Translations under genes and position numbers: made by a program
Source of the DNA: an uncultured Sphingomonadaceae bacterium
GTDB taxonomy: Bacteria > Pseudomonadota > Alphaproteobacteria > Sphingomonadales > Sphingomonadaceae
Reading direction: 5' to 3'
NCBI GenBank assembly: GCA_947504025.1
Contig: CANNFX010000001.1
Span: 1,329,302-1,393,301, forward strand
Length of the DNA stretch: 64,000 bases
Part shown: positions 50,139 to 59,620 of the stretch, piece by piece
Layout: each line of letters begins with the position of its first letter
Position numbering within the stretch: the stretch's first letter is position 1
Notes under the pieces: generated by a model
Databases searched by the model: none
What the model saw: only the letters and a program-made list of their open reading frames with translations
Told to the model about the DNA's origin: nothing

Positions 50139-50909
50139 ATGGCGACTGTTCGTGACCTCGCTCTGGCCAATCGGCTAGCCGATGCGGCAGGAGCGGTAAT
50201 TCGTCCGAAATTTCGTGGTGAGTGGTCGCATGAGCGCAAGGCCGACGCATCTCCTGTGACCGAAGTCGATAAAGCTGCTGAAGCGGCGATGCGCGCTATT
50301 CTCGAAAGCGAAGCTGCTGCTGATGGGATTATCGGCGAGGAATATGGCACACGCAACGAAGGTGCAGGCCGCCAATGGGTGCTCGATCCGATTGATGGCA
50401 CGATCAGCTTTATGGCCGGACGCCCGATCTTCGGCACGTTGATCGCGTTAATGCAGGACGGCTGGCCTGTGCTGGGTATTATCGACCAGCCAGTCGCGCG
50501 CGAAAGATGGGCCGGGAGGATCGGCCATGAGACGACGCTCAATGGTGATCCGGTTCGCGTCCGAGCCTGCAAGGAATTGTCCGATGCCACATTGGCATCG
50601 TCAGGTCCGCAATATTTTTCGGACGAAGATGCAGCAGCCTTCATGTCGCTCGCCGCGCAAACCTCAAAGACCGTGATTTGGGGCGGTGATTGTTATAATT
50701 ACGGCCTGCTCGCGGGTGGCAATGTCGACATTGTCTGCGAATCAGGCCTTCAGCTTTATGACTATGCGGCTCTCGTGCCAGTGGTCGAGGGGGCCGGCGG
50801 ATTGATGGCCGACTGGCAGGGCAATCCGCTTGATGCAGGCAGCGACGGGCGTGTGATCGCTCTGGGCGAACCGGCACGGCTGGAGGAAGTTCTGGAAGCG
50901 ATGGGCTAG
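50139..50909 (+). CDS. inositol monophosphatase-family protein (possibly histidinol-phosphatase HisN)
   Basis: 256 aa with IIGEEYG, WVLDPIDGT and WGGDCYNY-type IMPase motifs. The HisN assignment is only an analogy with other Alphaproteobacteria. Confidence 0.85.
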   Translation: MATVRDLALANRLADAAGAVIRPKFRGEWSHERKADASPVTEVDKAAEAAMRAILESEAAADGIIGEEYGTRNEGAGRQWVLDPIDGTISFMAGRPIFGTLIALMQDGWPVLGIIDQPVARERWAGRIGHETTLNGDPVRVRACKELSDATLASSGPQYFSDEDAAAFMSLAAQTSKTVIWGGDCYNYGLLAGGNVDIVCESGLQLYDYAALVPVVEGAGGLMADWQGNPLDAGSDGRVIALGEPARLEEVLEAMG

Positions 50910-51053
50910 CGCTTCGCTCGAACACTGCCGAATCGCTTGATTTCCCGCGGCAGCGCTATATATGCGCGCTCTTCACTTACACGTGATTCATTTGCTGGCC
51001 TGGCCGAAAGGGCTGCCAGGGCGAGCAAGACGTGTTTCGAACAGGAGACAAAA

Positions 51054-51257
51054 ATGCCCAAGCTTAAGACCAAGAGCGGCGTGAAGAAGCGCTTCAAGCT
51101 CACTGCCACCGGCAAGGTCAAGCACGGCGTCGCTGGTAAGCGTCACCGTCTGACCCACCACTCTGCTAAGTATATCCGCCAGAACCGCGGCACCGACGTG
51201 CTCGCCAAGGCTGATCATGCAGCAGTGAAAAAATGGGCCCCTTACGGGCTCGATTGA
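51054..51257 (+). CDS. rpmI: 50S ribosomal protein L35
   Basis: MPKLKTKSGVKKRFKLTATGKVKHGVAGKRHRLT, 67 aa, preceded by AGGAGA. Confidence 0.93.
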   Translation: MPKLKTKSGVKKRFKLTATGKVKHGVAGKRHRLTHHSAKYIRQNRGTDVLAKADHAAVKKWAPYGLD

Positions 51258-51274
51258 GGCAGGAGTAGAAACGC

Positions 51275-51634
51275 ATGCCACGCATTAAACGCGGCGTTAC
51301 CACGCGCCAGAAGCACAAGCGGTTACTCGATCAGGCCAAGGGCTATCGCGGTCGCCGTAAAAACACCATTCGCGTCGCGCGCCAGGCCGTCGAAAAGGCC
51401 GGCCAGTACGCATATCGCGATCGCAAGATCAAAAAGCGCAACTTCCGCGCTTTGTGGATCCAGCGCATCAACGCGGCTGTCCGCGCTGAAGGCCTGACCT
51501 ATTCGCAGTTCATGCACGGCGTAAAGCTCGCCGGTATCGAGCTTGACCGCAAGGTCATGGCCGATCTCGCCATGAACGAAAGCGCTGCCTTCGCCACGGT
51601 GATTGCAGAAGCCAAGAAAGCCCTGCCAGCGTAA
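51275..51634 (+). CDS. rplT: 50S ribosomal protein L20
   Basis: [30 protein letters not shown], 119 aa. Confidence 0.95.
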   Translation: MPRIKRGVTTRQKHKRLLDQAKGYRGRRKNTIRVARQAVEKAGQYAYRDRKIKKRNFRALWIQRINAAVRAEGLTYSQFMHGVKLAGIELDRKVMADLAMNESAAFATVIAEAKKALPA

Positions 51635-51660
51635 GCGGGCGGCTATCTTGTAAGCCAATT

Positions 51661-51701
51661 AACGGGCGCGAATTCTCAGGAGTTCGCGCCCGTTTTGGTT
51701 T
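51661..51701 (+). terminator. Rho-independent terminator after rplT
   Basis: Perfect 12-bp stem AACGGGCGCGAA / TTCGCGCCCGTT with a 10-nt loop, followed by TTGGTTT. Confidence 0.8.
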
Positions 51702-51959
51702 AGCGCCCTGTGGTACTTGAGGGGTCCCGTAGGGACCGAGCATGCAATATAAGAAAGAGGCGCGAGCAGCTTTCGCCACCCGCGCCCCTCGTTCGTGCGC
51801 CCACCCGTGAAGGGTGCACCAACTACCCCATGTCCGCCGTCCTGGTCGCAAAACCCTGACGTTCCCTCGGAACCATGAAATCTTGCGTTAAACCGCTCAA
51901 TGTTGTGTTATTACATGGCCTTTGGGCGCATGACTTGTAAGAACACGACGCAAGGGGGA

Positions 51960-52853
51960 ATGAGAATCACCAAAATTGCCGCGCATGATGATCGTGTGAC
52001 AGTGCGTTTCTTCGCACCCTCTCCTGCCTTGCGCCGATATATTACGACTTTTTACTCGATGGATATCAACACTCCTTCTGGCGAAACCGTTCAGGACTGG
52101 CTGCATCCGGAGTGGGGTAATGTCCGTTTTGCTGGTGAAGGCGCGATGCAATCCGCTTTTGGTGATGGGGAATTGGGCCCAACTCCTGCGAGCGTCGCCA
52201 CGGGACCCACTAGCATGGCAGCCCGTTTCCAAATGGCATTTGGGAGATCATGGGGTATCGGGCTGTTGCCTGCGGGATGGGCCAAATTTGTCGATGCGCC
52301 GGCTGACGAATATCGCGACCACCTTTGCGATGCGGCCAACGATCCAGCTTTCGCCGCCTTCGCACCATTATCGGCGCAGCTCTGCGGCAAGAAAGGCAAT
52401 ATCGAAGAAGAAGCGGCGTTGATTGAAGCGCATATGACCGGCTTGCTAGACCGGCCAGTTGAGGATGAAGACAAGATCATCGCTGCACATGAGGCTCTGA
52501 TCGACCCTGATCTTGTCACCGTTGCTGATCTTGCCAAGCGGGTTGGTGTTTCGACGCGGTCTTTTGAACGCCTTTCGCTCAAAGCCTTTGGCTTTTCACC
52601 CAAATTGCTGCTGCGGCGTCAGCGCTTTTTGCGCAGCCTTGCACAATTCATGCTCGACCCGTCACTTAGCTGGCTCAGCACGCTCGACACGCATTATCAT
52701 GATCAGGCTCACTTTGTGCGCGATTTTCACCGGTTTATGACAATGAGCCCCAGTGACTACGCCGCGCTGGATAAGCCAGCCATGTTCGCAGCTGCAAAGG
52801 CGCGCATGGCGCTGGCGGGCGAGGCGGTTCAGGTGCTGCACGCTCCAAGATAA
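51960..52853 (+). CDS. AraC-family transcriptional regulator
   Basis: C-terminal HTH pair (VADLAKRVGVSTRSFERLSLKAFGFSPKLLLRRQRF ... YHDQAHFVRDFHRFMTMSPSDY). Start at MRITKIAAH, preceded by AAGGGGGA. Confidence 0.8.
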   Translation: MRITKIAAHDDRVTVRFFAPSPALRRYITTFYSMDINTPSGETVQDWLHPEWGNVRFAGEGAMQSAFGDGELGPTPASVATGPTSMAARFQMAFGRSWGIGLLPAGWAKFVDAPADEYRDHLCDAANDPAFAAFAPLSAQLCGKKGNIEEEAALIEAHMTGLLDRPVEDEDKIIAAHEALIDPDLVTVADLAKRVGVSTRSFERLSLKAFGFSPKLLLRRQRFLRSLAQFMLDPSLSWLSTLDTHYHDQAHFVRDFHRFMTMSPSDYAALDKPAMFAAAKARMALAGEAVQVLHAPR

Positions 52854-52939
52854 CCGAGCGCTGCTAGTTCAGGCAGACGTTGCGATTGCGCCGCCTCGAA
52901 TATAGAGGGGGCGCGGGCACAGTTTTTCGGACATTGGTA

Positions 52940-54040
52940 ATGAGTGAATTGGAACAGTTGCGCGACACCGCGCGGGCGCGGATCGCGGCAGCAGAAAATG
53001 CGGATGCGCTGGAGGCTTTGCGCGTCGAATATCTGGGCAAGCAGGGCTCCGTTTCGGCATTGCTGAAGACGCTGGGCAAGATGACGCCCGAGCAACGCCA
53101 AGAAGAAGGCCCGAAGATCCAGAGCCTGCGCGCGGCGGTTGCTGACGCGATTGCTGAACGTAAAACTGCGCTCGACAATGCTGCTCTGGAACAACAGCTT
53201 GCATCTGAAACAATGGACCTGTCACTGCCTGCGCCGCAAAGCCCGCGCGGCAGTGTCCATCCTGTTAGCCAAGTGATGGACGAGCTGGCGGAAATCTTCG
53301 CCGACATGGGCTTTGCTGTCGCTACCGGCCCCGAGATCGAGGACGATTGGCACAATTTCACCGCGCTCAACATGCCTGAAAGCCATCCTGCGCGCGCGAT
53401 GCACGATACATTCTATTTCCCGGATGAGAGCGCTGACGGCGGCAAGATGCTGCTCCGCACGCATACATCGCCCGTCCAGGTTCGGACGATGAAAGCGCAA
53501 GGCGCGCCCGTGCGGATTATCGCGCCCGGACGCGTTTACCGGTCTGACAGCGACGCCACGCACACACCGATGTTCCATCAGATCGAAGGTCTGGTGATCG
53601 ATAAGAATATCCATCTTGGCCATCTCAAATGGACGCTCGAAACTTTCCTCAAGGCATTCTTCGAGCGCGATGATATCGTGCTGCGGTTGCGTCCATCCTA
53701 CTTCCCCTTCACCGAACCTTCGGTCGAGGTCGACGTCGGTTTCGCAATCGAAAATGGCCGGCGTGTTTTGGGCGGCAGCGGTGATGCTCCGGGCCATGCT
53801 TGGATGGAACTTCTCGGCAGCGGCATGGTCAACGCCCGTGTGCTCGAAATGAGTGGTCTCGATCCTGACGAATATCAGGGCTTCGCATTCGGCGTCGGTG
53901 TCGACCGTCTCGCTATGCTGAAATACGGTATGGACGATCTGCGCGCATTCTTCGACGGCGATCATCGCTGGCTCGATCATTACGGCTTTGCTTCGTTCGA
54001 CCAGCCAACACTTTCGGCCGGTGTGGGAGCAACAGCATGA
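52940..54040 (+). CDS. pheS: phenylalanine--tRNA ligase alpha subunit
   Basis: Start at [11 protein letters not shown]. Class II motifs are present ([27 protein letters not shown]). ATGA overlap with pheT. Confidence 0.93.
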   Translation: MSELEQLRDTARARIAAAENADALEALRVEYLGKQGSVSALLKTLGKMTPEQRQEEGPKIQSLRAAVADAIAERKTALDNAALEQQLASETMDLSLPAPQSPRGSVHPVSQVMDELAEIFADMGFAVATGPEIEDDWHNFTALNMPESHPARAMHDTFYFPDESADGGKMLLRTHTSPVQVRTMKAQGAPVRIIAPGRVYRSDSDATHTPMFHQIEGLVIDKNIHLGHLKWTLETFLKAFFERDDIVLRLRPSYFPFTEPSVEVDVGFAIENGRRVLGGSGDAPGHAWMELLGSGMVNARVLEMSGLDPDEYQGFAFGVGVDRLAMLKYGMDDLRAFFDGDHRWLDHYGFASFDQPTLSAGVGATA

Positions 54041-56430
54041 AGTTCTCCCTCTCCTGGTTGACCTATTTCCTCGAAACCGAAGCAAGCGTGCCGGAGATTT
54101 CCGACAAGCTCAACAGCATCGGGATCGAGGTAGAAGGCATCGAAGACCCGGCTGAAAAGTTTGCCGGTTTCCGCGTCGCAAAAGTGCTGACGGCGGACAA
54201 ACACCCTGACGCTGACAAGCTGCAAGTGCTGTCTGTCGACACTGGAGAGGGCGATCCGTTGCAGGTTGTCTGCGGAGCGCCCAATGCGCGCGCCGGTATG
54301 ATGGGCGTGTTGGGCCTGCCCGGTGCAGTTGTTCCGGCAAATGGCATGGAGCTTCGCAAAAGCGCCATTCGCGGCGTCGAAAGCAACGGTATGATGTGCT
54401 CGGTTCGCGAGCTCGAAATGGGCGATGAGCATGATGGCATCATCGAACTCCCCGAGGATGCAACAGCAGGGACTAGTTTCGCTGATTACTCGGGTGCCGA
54501 CCCCGTGTTCGACGTCGCGATTACGCCCAACCGTCCTGATTGCATGGGCGTATTCGGCGTTGCGCGCGATCTCGCTGCGGCTGGTCTGGGCACGCTAAAG
54601 CCTTTCGTGCCTACACCGGCGAAAGGCACGCATCCTTGTGCAACTGAAATTCGCACGGATGATCCAGAGGGCTGTCCTGCATTCTATGGTCGGAGCATCA
54701 AGGGCGTCACCAATGGTGTGTCGCCTGACTGGATGCAGCAGCGCCTGATTAGCGCGGGTCAACGCCCGATTTCGGCACTGGTCGACATCACAAACTATGT
54801 GATGCTTGCCTTTGGCCGTCCGTCGCATGCGTATGACCTAGCGAAGCTGACAGGCGCTGTCGTCGCCCGCCGCGCCAACGATGGCGAGACTGTGACTGCG
54901 CTCAATGAGAAACCATATGTGCTCGACAGCACGATGACGGTGATCGCTGATGATAGCGGCGTGCATGACATCGCTGGTATCATGGGCGGGGAGCATTCGG
55001 GCTGTTCTGAAGCCACTACCGACGTGCTGCTCGAAGTTGCTTACTTTGATCCTGAGCGTATCGGCGCGACGGGCCGGAAGCTTGGTCTGACCTCCGATGC
55101 CAAGACGCGCTTTGAACGCGGTGTCGATCCAGCATTTCTGGATGACGGTCTCGACATTCTGACAGGTCTGATCCTCGACATTTGCGGCGGTGAGCCATCT
55201 GAAATTGTCCATGCAGGCAGCCCGCCGACAGAAGGCAAGGTCGTCGCTTTCGATCCTGCGCTGGTGCAGCGCCTCGGCGGCGTTTCCGTGACCGAAGACC
55301 GCCAGCGCGAAATTCTCGCATCGCTTGGTTTTGAAGCGGATGCCAGTTGGAAGGTTTCAGTTCCTAGCTGGCGCCCCGATGTTGATGGCGCAGCGGATCT
55401 GGTGGAAGAAGTCGTCCGCATCCATGGTCTTGATAATATCGAAAGTGTGGCGCTGGACCGTCCTGAAGGCGTTGCGCCACCAACCGCAACTCCGGTTCAG
55501 AAACTTGAACGCCGTTTGCGCCGTGTTGCCGCGGGCCGGGGTCTGCATGAAGCTGTGACCTGGTCATTCTTGCCGGTCGGCGATGCTACGCATTTTGCAG
55601 CAGAGGGGCACGACCTTTGGATCCTGGCCAATCCGATCAGCGAAGATATGAAGGCCATGCGGCCTTCGCTGCTGCCTGGCTTGCTTGCTGCGGCCAAACG
55701 CAATGTCGATCGCGGAGCAACGTCGCTGCGTCTGTTCGAAGTCGGCCGCCGCTATCTGCGCGGCAAAGATGGTAAGAGCGACGAGCGGTTGACGCTGGGC
55801 ATCTTGCTATTTGGTGAAAGCCGTTCGCGCGATTGGGCCAAGGGTAAGCCGGCGGCCTTCGACGCTTTCGACGCCAAGGCCGAAGCTATGGCACTGCTCG
55901 CTGAAGCCGGTGCGCCGGTCGATAAGCTGCAAGTCATGGGTGAAGCCGGTGACCAGTTCCACCCAGGACAATCGGCAACTTTGCGCCTCGGCCCCAAGAA
56001 CATTCTCGCGCGCTTCGGCACGCTGCATCCCACCACGCTAAAGGCTTTTGACATCGAAGGTCCGGTCGTTGCGGCCGAAATTTTCCTCGATGCAATTCCG
56101 GGCAAAAGGTCAGGCGGCACGTTCGCCCGCACGACCTATGCGCCGCCAGCTCTGCAATCGGTAATGCGTGATTTCGCATTCCTTGTGGATGCTGACCAGC
56201 CTGCTGGTGATCTGCTTCGCTTGGTGAAGGGCGCCGACAAAGTGCAGATCGTGGATGCTCGTATCTTCGACGACTTCCGCGGTGCAGGTGTGCCCGAGGG
56301 CAAAAAATCGCTCGCGGTCGAGGTTACCCTTCAACCGGGCGATAAGAGCTTTACTGATGCCGATCTGAAAGAGATTACCGACAAGGTGACGGCTGCTGCA
56401 GCCAAGCTGGGCGCCGAATTACGCGGCTAA
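54037..56430 (+). CDS. pheT: phenylalanine--tRNA ligase beta subunit
   Basis: 797 aa. MKFSLSWL N-terminus, tRNA-binding OB domain, B3/4 and B5 domains, and a ferredoxin-fold anticodon-binding tail. Confidence 0.95.
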   Translation: MKFSLSWLTYFLETEASVPEISDKLNSIGIEVEGIEDPAEKFAGFRVAKVLTADKHPDADKLQVLSVDTGEGDPLQVVCGAPNARAGMMGVLGLPGAVVPANGMELRKSAIRGVESNGMMCSVRELEMGDEHDGIIELPEDATAGTSFADYSGADPVFDVAITPNRPDCMGVFGVARDLAAAGLGTLKPFVPTPAKGTHPCATEIRTDDPEGCPAFYGRSIKGVTNGVSPDWMQQRLISAGQRPISALVDITNYVMLAFGRPSHAYDLAKLTGAVVARRANDGETVTALNEKPYVLDSTMTVIADDSGVHDIAGIMGGEHSGCSEATTDVLLEVAYFDPERIGATGRKLGLTSDAKTRFERGVDPAFLDDGLDILTGLILDICGGEPSEIVHAGSPPTEGKVVAFDPALVQRLGGVSVTEDRQREILASLGFEADASWKVSVPSWRPDVDGAADLVEEVVRIHGLDNIESVALDRPEGVAPPTATPVQKLERRLRRVAAGRGLHEAVTWSFLPVGDATHFAAEGHDLWILANPISEDMKAMRPSLLPGLLAAAKRNVDRGATSLRLFEVGRRYLRGKDGKSDERLTLGILLFGESRSRDWAKGKPAAFDAFDAKAEAMALLAEAGAPVDKLQVMGEAGDQFHPGQSATLRLGPKNILARFGTLHPTTLKAFDIEGPVVAAEIFLDAIPGKRSGGTFARTTYAPPALQSVMRDFAFLVDADQPAGDLLRLVKGADKVQIVDARIFDDFRGAGVPEGKKSLAVEVTLQPGDKSFTDADLKEITDKVTAAAAKLGAELRG

Positions 56431-56435
56431 AAGTA

Positions 56436-56477
56436 ACACTATCCGGCAGGAGCGGGAGGGAGCCCGCCGGATAGTGT
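56436..56477. terminator. perfect 12-bp inverted repeat between convergent pheT and the TonB-dependent receptor (putative bidirectional terminator)
   Basis: ACACTATCCGGC (56436-56447) and GCCGGATAGTGT (56466-56477) flank an 18-nt GC-rich loop that can pair further (CGGG/CCCG). There is no U-tract, so intrinsic termination is uncertain. Confidence 0.5.
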
Positions 56478-56480
56478 CCA

Positions 56481-58847
56481 TCAATATCTGAACGTGAGCG
56501 TCGCAAAGACCTGACGCGGTTCGTTGTAGAACGCTGTGAGCGTTCCTTCCGGGCCGAGTGCGGATTGCACCTGCCCCATACCATCAAGAATTGGTGCGCC
56601 GGTCGTGGGGTCGACCACGATAAAGGTGTAGCCGGAGGTCTTGACCCGCTTGTCGGTCAGATTTTTGCCATAGAGGCCAAGGCTCCATGTCTTGCCTGGT
56701 GCGTTGTAGATGATGCTGGCATCGGCAAGCGCATAGGCACTCTGATCGATGAATGGGTTGGGTACTTCGAACTGATAAGTCTTGCTGCGATAGCTGACGC
56801 CTGCGCCCAGATAGATGTCTCCGTCGCCGACTGGCGCAGTGTAATTGAGCCGTGCACTGGCGGTCCATTCGGGCGTATTTTGCACTTCACGAAAATCTGC
56901 CACATCGGTCGGAACGCCGCCGATATTGGTGATATATTCGTCATAGCTTGCATCGATATAACCGACCGACCCGTTGAAAGTCAGCTTGTCGCCGCTTGTG
57001 CCGAAATCCTGCGCCAGCGTGGCAATGGTTTCCAGCTCGACACCTTTAAAGCTGGCCTTGCCAGCGTTGGAGACGACGCCGCAGAAGGTGGCGATGCCGC
57101 CCACACTACAGGCGACCGATCCGGGGATCTGAACGTCGGTGTAATCGGCGATGAAACCTGCCAGCGCGACATATAGCCGCCCATCGGCGAAGCTGCCCTT
57201 ATAGCCGATTTCATAGCTGTCGACCTTCTCTGGACGGAAGCTGAGGAAGTTTGCGACTTCATCATCGCTCAGTCCTGCAACGCCGTCGGTGTCGGGTGCA
57301 TTTACTCCAACACCGCGCGGGTCAAAGCCTCCGCCTTTGAAGCCTTGCGAATAGCTCGCGTAGATATTCTGGTCGGGCGAAGGTTTGAAGCTGACCGAGG
57401 CGCGGGGCGTGAATTTCTTGAAATTTCGTGATCCCTCAAAATCAGTACTGGGTCCGCCAAAGGGAATGCCGGCGCCCCCGAATGTCGGCGATCCGCCGCC
57501 GAGGTAGTTCTGCCGCAGTATGTCGGCGGTGCGTTCGTCCCAAGTATAACGCCCGCCGAGTGAAACGCTGAGCTGTTCAGTAATGTCATAAGTTGCATCA
57601 CCGAAGATCGCGTAGGTTTCGGTATCGACGTTGGCCTGCGTGAATGCCGTGAAGCCGCCGAACGTGGTGAACAACCGCACGTCGAACAATGTGTCGGCGG
57701 AAGCGTCGAGATAATAGAATCCGAGCAGCGCAGACAACTTGTCACCATCATCATAGGCGAGCTGTATCTCCTGGCTAAGCTGCTCGTTGAAATATGCGCC
57801 CGGCACGTCAAGGTCGATTGCTGGAAGCGCATCGAAATCAATCGGGCTCTGGCTATCATCTTTGCGCCAGGAGGTGATTGATTTGAATGTCAGAGCATCG
57901 CTGAGATCAATCGATACATTCATGGCGACGCCATATGCTTCGACTTCCTGCTTCGGGTCAGTCAGACCGCCGCGCGTGTCATATTCATCGTCAAGAACCG
58001 GTGTACCCGAAGTGAGGCCGGGGATTAGCCGGCTGCCGCCGCGCGGATTGCTTTTGTCCTTGGTGTAATCGCCCGAAATGCGGATCAGCACCGGTTCGCC
58101 GTAACCGCCGATTTCCAGATTGCCGCGTGCGGCAAATAGCTGCTTGTCGTAATTGTCGGTTCCGAGTGTCAGATTCTCCCCGAAGCCGTCGCGGTTGAGT
58201 CCCGCGACTGCTGCACCAACGCGAATAAGGTCGTTGATAGGTGTCGAGGCGGAGATAACCCCCTCCAGCCGGTCATATGAGCCATAGGTCGCGCGAATCT
58301 CCAATGCGGTTTCATCGGGCAAACGCTTGGTCACATATTTGACCGCGCCGCCGATGGTGTTGCGCCCATAAAGCGTGCCTTGCGGACCGCGCAGAACCTC
58401 GATCCGTTCGACATCATAGATATCGAGCAGGGCTGCTTGCGGACGGTTCAGATAAACATCGTCGAGATATATGCCGACGCCCTGTTCAAAGCCGGAAACT
58501 GGATCCTGCTGGCCGATCCCGCGGATAAATGCACTGAGTGTCGAGTTGGTGGCCCGCGATGCCTCCAACGTCACATTGGGAGCGTTTTCAGCAATGGCGG
58601 TGATGTCACTCGCGCCGATGTTCTCGAGAGTCTGACCGCTTATGGAGGTGACTGCGACTGGGACATCAATCAATCGTTCCTCGCGCCGCCGAGCGGTGAC
58701 GATGATGGTGTTGTCCTCGGCCTCGTCAGCCTGTTCTGTCGCCGCAGCTTGGTCTTGAGCCGCTACGGAAGTGCTCATTCCAGCGAGTGCGAAAAGCGCA
58801 CTTCCGCAAAGAAGGCGTGCGGCAGAGTTGATCGAAGTGTTGGTCAT
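56481..58847 (-). CDS. TonB-dependent receptor
   Basis: 788 aa with a signal peptide, a plug domain (IIVTARRREERLIDVPVAV...VERIEVLRGPQGTLYGRNTIGG), a long beta-barrel and a C-terminal aromatic residue (TFRY). Confidence 0.92.
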   Translation of the reverse strand: MTNTSINSAARLLCGSALFALAGMSTSVAAQDQAAATEQADEAEDNTIIVTARRREERLIDVPVAVTSISGQTLENIGASDITAIAENAPNVTLEASRATNSTLSAFIRGIGQQDPVSGFEQGVGIYLDDVYLNRPQAALLDIYDVERIEVLRGPQGTLYGRNTIGGAVKYVTKRLPDETALEIRATYGSYDRLEGVISASTPINDLIRVGAAVAGLNRDGFGENLTLGTDNYDKQLFAARGNLEIGGYGEPVLIRISGDYTKDKSNPRGGSRLIPGLTSGTPVLDDEYDTRGGLTDPKQEVEAYGVAMNVSIDLSDALTFKSITSWRKDDSQSPIDFDALPAIDLDVPGAYFNEQLSQEIQLAYDDGDKLSALLGFYYLDASADTLFDVRLFTTFGGFTAFTQANVDTETYAIFGDATYDITEQLSVSLGGRYTWDERTADILRQNYLGGGSPTFGGAGIPFGGPSTDFEGSRNFKKFTPRASVSFKPSPDQNIYASYSQGFKGGGFDPRGVGVNAPDTDGVAGLSDDEVANFLSFRPEKVDSYEIGYKGSFADGRLYVALAGFIADYTDVQIPGSVACSVGGIATFCGVVSNAGKASFKGVELETIATLAQDFGTSGDKLTFNGSVGYIDASYDEYITNIGGVPTDVADFREVQNTPEWTASARLNYTAPVGDGDIYLGAGVSYRSKTYQFEVPNPFIDQSAYALADASIIYNAPGKTWSLGLYGKNLTDKRVKTSGYTFIVVDPTTGAPILDGMGQVQSALGPEGTLTAFYNEPRQVFATLTFRY

Positions 58848-58882
58848 TGGTCGCTCTCCAAGGGTTCTTTCACTGCCCTATA

Positions 58883-58905
58883 TTGAAAGGTGAACCATCT
58901 TTCAA
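58883..58905. promoter_or_regulatory. palindrome TTGAAAG-N9-CTTTCAA, candidate TetR operator
   Basis: Perfect 7-bp inverted repeat in the 100-nt divergent region between the TonB-dependent receptor and the TetR gene. Its function is inferred from position only. Confidence 0.4.
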
Positions 58906-58947
58906 GTTTGATGTTGTGTCCTTCGTGTAACAGGTTATGAGAGCGGA

Positions 58948-59568
58948 ATGTCAGATGACGGAATCATCGAGGCCATTGGCCGTACGGAAGCCCGCCAACC
59001 GCGCACCGCGCGAGGGCGCGCAACGCGCCGTAAAGTGCTTGATGCTGCGGCGATTGAGTTCGGTGAAAAGGGCTTTTACGAAACGTCGATCGTGTCGATC
59101 ACAGCCCGGGCGGGCGTGGCTTTGGGCAGTTTTTACACGTACTTCGAATCCAAAGACGAACTGTTCCGTGCACTGGTGCAGGATATGTCAAACAGCGTCC
59201 GCGATAATGTTGCACCCGCCATTGTAAACGAGCCGACATCGCTGGACCGCGAAGGCAAGGCGCTTGCCTCCTTCCTCGCCTTTGCGCGGGAACACAAAGA
59301 GCTTTACCGGATCATTGACGAAGCGGAGTTTGTCGCACCCGAGGCGTGGAATGATCACTATGCGGTGACAGCCGGACGTATCGAAGCGCGCCTGGCGGAA
59401 GTCTATGCTGCCGGTGAAATTCGCGAAGTTGGCGAAGTTGAAGCGTGGGCGATCATGGGCATGAATGTGTTCCTCGGTTTGCGCTACGGCGTCCAGGAAG
59501 ATGACGCCGACCTGGAAGAGATCGCGTCCAAGGTAGTTGCTCTTTTGCGCCGGGGCCTCGCACGCTAA
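58948..59568 (+). CDS. TetR/AcrR-family transcriptional regulator
   Basis: 206 aa with an N-terminal HTH (RRKVLDAAAIEFGEKGFYETSIVSITARAGVALGSFYTYFESKDELF). Confidence 0.88.
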   Translation: MSDDGIIEAIGRTEARQPRTARGRATRRKVLDAAAIEFGEKGFYETSIVSITARAGVALGSFYTYFESKDELFRALVQDMSNSVRDNVAPAIVNEPTSLDREGKALASFLAFAREHKELYRIIDEAEFVAPEAWNDHYAVTAGRIEARLAEVYAAGEIREVGEVEAWAIMGMNVFLGLRYGVQEDDADLEEIASKVVALLRRGLAR

Positions 59569-59620
59569 GGAGCGGTTGCCCCACTCGACGCAGCCTCATG
59601 CGGGCGCTAGGGCGCGCGGC

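Noticed and set aside
50910-51053. L20-binding translational operator or leader upstream of rpmI
   Set aside because: The region has a plausible promoter (TTGATT ... TATATG) and an imperfect GC-rich hairpin (about 51000-51030). I cannot show a pseudoknot or L20-site mimic by eye, and no alphaproteobacterial model is known to me.
58848-58947. Riboswitch (for example cobalamin) in front of the TonB-dependent receptor
   Set aside because: The leader is at most 100 nt and is shared with a divergent promoter. No B12-box-like or other conserved riboswitch core is visible.
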